From contig CAWHDZ010000031.1 in assembly GCA_963828255.1 (NCBI GenBank), forward strand, positions 64,001-128,000: a stretch of 64,000 nt of DNA, in the 5' to 3' direction. Positions 63,436 to 64,000 of this stretch are shown one piece after another. A program made the position numbers and the translations under genes. Position 1 is the first letter of the stretch, and each line of letters starts with the position of its first letter. The notes under the pieces were generated by a model. It was not told where the DNA came from. It did no database searches and saw nothing but the letters and a program-made list of their open reading frames with translations. This DNA is from an uncultured delta proteobacterium. GTDB taxonomy: Bacteria; Myxococcota; Myxococcia; Myxococcales; Anaeromyxobacteraceae.

Positions 63436-64000
63436 TGTCCTCGAACGTGAAGACGACCACCGCCGACCGGGTGGTGGAGATCGAGATCCACCGGCCGGAG
63501 AAGAAGAACGCCCTCACCGGCGAGATGTACGACGCCATGTCGGCCGCCTTCGACCGGGCCGACGCGGACCCGTCGGTCCACGTGATCTTCCTGCACGGCC
63601 AGGCCGACTGCTTCACCGCGGGGAACGACCTCGCCGACTTCCTCTCGGCCGGGCGCGGCGAGGGGGTGGCCTCGCCCGCGGCCAACTTCCTCGCGGCGAT
63701 CCGCACCGCCCGGAAGCCCGTCGTCGCCGCGGTGGGGGGCGTGGCGGTGGGCATCGGCACGACCATGCTGCTCCACTTCGAGCTGGTCTTCGCCGCGCCC
63801 CACTCCCGCTTCCAGATGCCCTTCGTGCCGCTGGGGCTGGCGCCGGAGGGCGGGTCGAGCCTGCTGCTCCCCATGCTGGCCGGATACCAGCGCGCCGCCG
63901 AGCTGCTGCTGCTCGGCCGCCCCTTCGGCGCCGAAAAGGCGATGGCCGCCGGGCTCGTGAACGACGTGATCCCGGCGGAGCGGCTGCTCACCCACGCGCG
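63435..64000 (+). CDS. Enoyl-CoA hydratase/isomerase family protein (runs off the window end)
   Basis: ATG overlapping the upstream stop; reads RPEKKNAL, FTAGNDL, GIGTT, PF..LGLAPE. Confidence 0.88.
   Translation, partial: MSSNVKTTTADRVVEIEIHRPEKKNALTGEMYDAMSAAFDRADADPSVHVIFLHGQADCFTAGNDLADFLSAGRGEGVASPAANFLAAIRTARKPVVAAVGGVAVGIGTTMLLHFELVFAAPHSRFQMPFVPLGLAPEGGSSLLLPMLAGYQRAAELLLLGRPFGAEKAMAAGLVNDVIPAERLLTHA

Overview
High-GC bacterial chromosome segment; gene content and style suggest Myxococcota, Anaeromyxobacter-like (inference). In order: the 3' end of an IS5-family transposase; two exported proteins; a NarL-type two-component pair followed by a 57-aa secreted/membrane peptide; SugE; a panD-trpEGDCFBA operon; a large nucleotidyl-cyclase-like protein; tandem DsbA; TusA plus a PP-loop tRNA thiolase; ppdK; a PBP; housekeeping and envelope genes (MaoC pair, ExbBD, MshEN protein, ApaG, sirtuin, two POT transporters); Lhr helicase; an HNH endonuclease; a lipoprotein/radical SAM pair; and an IclR-associated dicarboxylate beta-oxidation cluster (gcdH, pimCDFB-like, lva/ACAD10-like module). 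I recognised no rRNA, tRNA or CRISPR array. The main find is at the start of trpE, whose frame has no ATG/GTG/TTG upstream of its TrpE-like N-terminus. A 7-codon ORF, ATG ACG GTG TTT CTT TGG CGC TGA, overlaps the panD stop and carries a prfB-like +1 shift site with a Trp codon in place of the stop codon. A +1 slip at CTT-TGG enters the TrpE frame exactly. This is a candidate tryptophan-sensing programmed ribosomal frameshift controlling a translationally coupled trp operon. It is a hypothesis from sequence alone, and a 1-nt sequencing error must be excluded.
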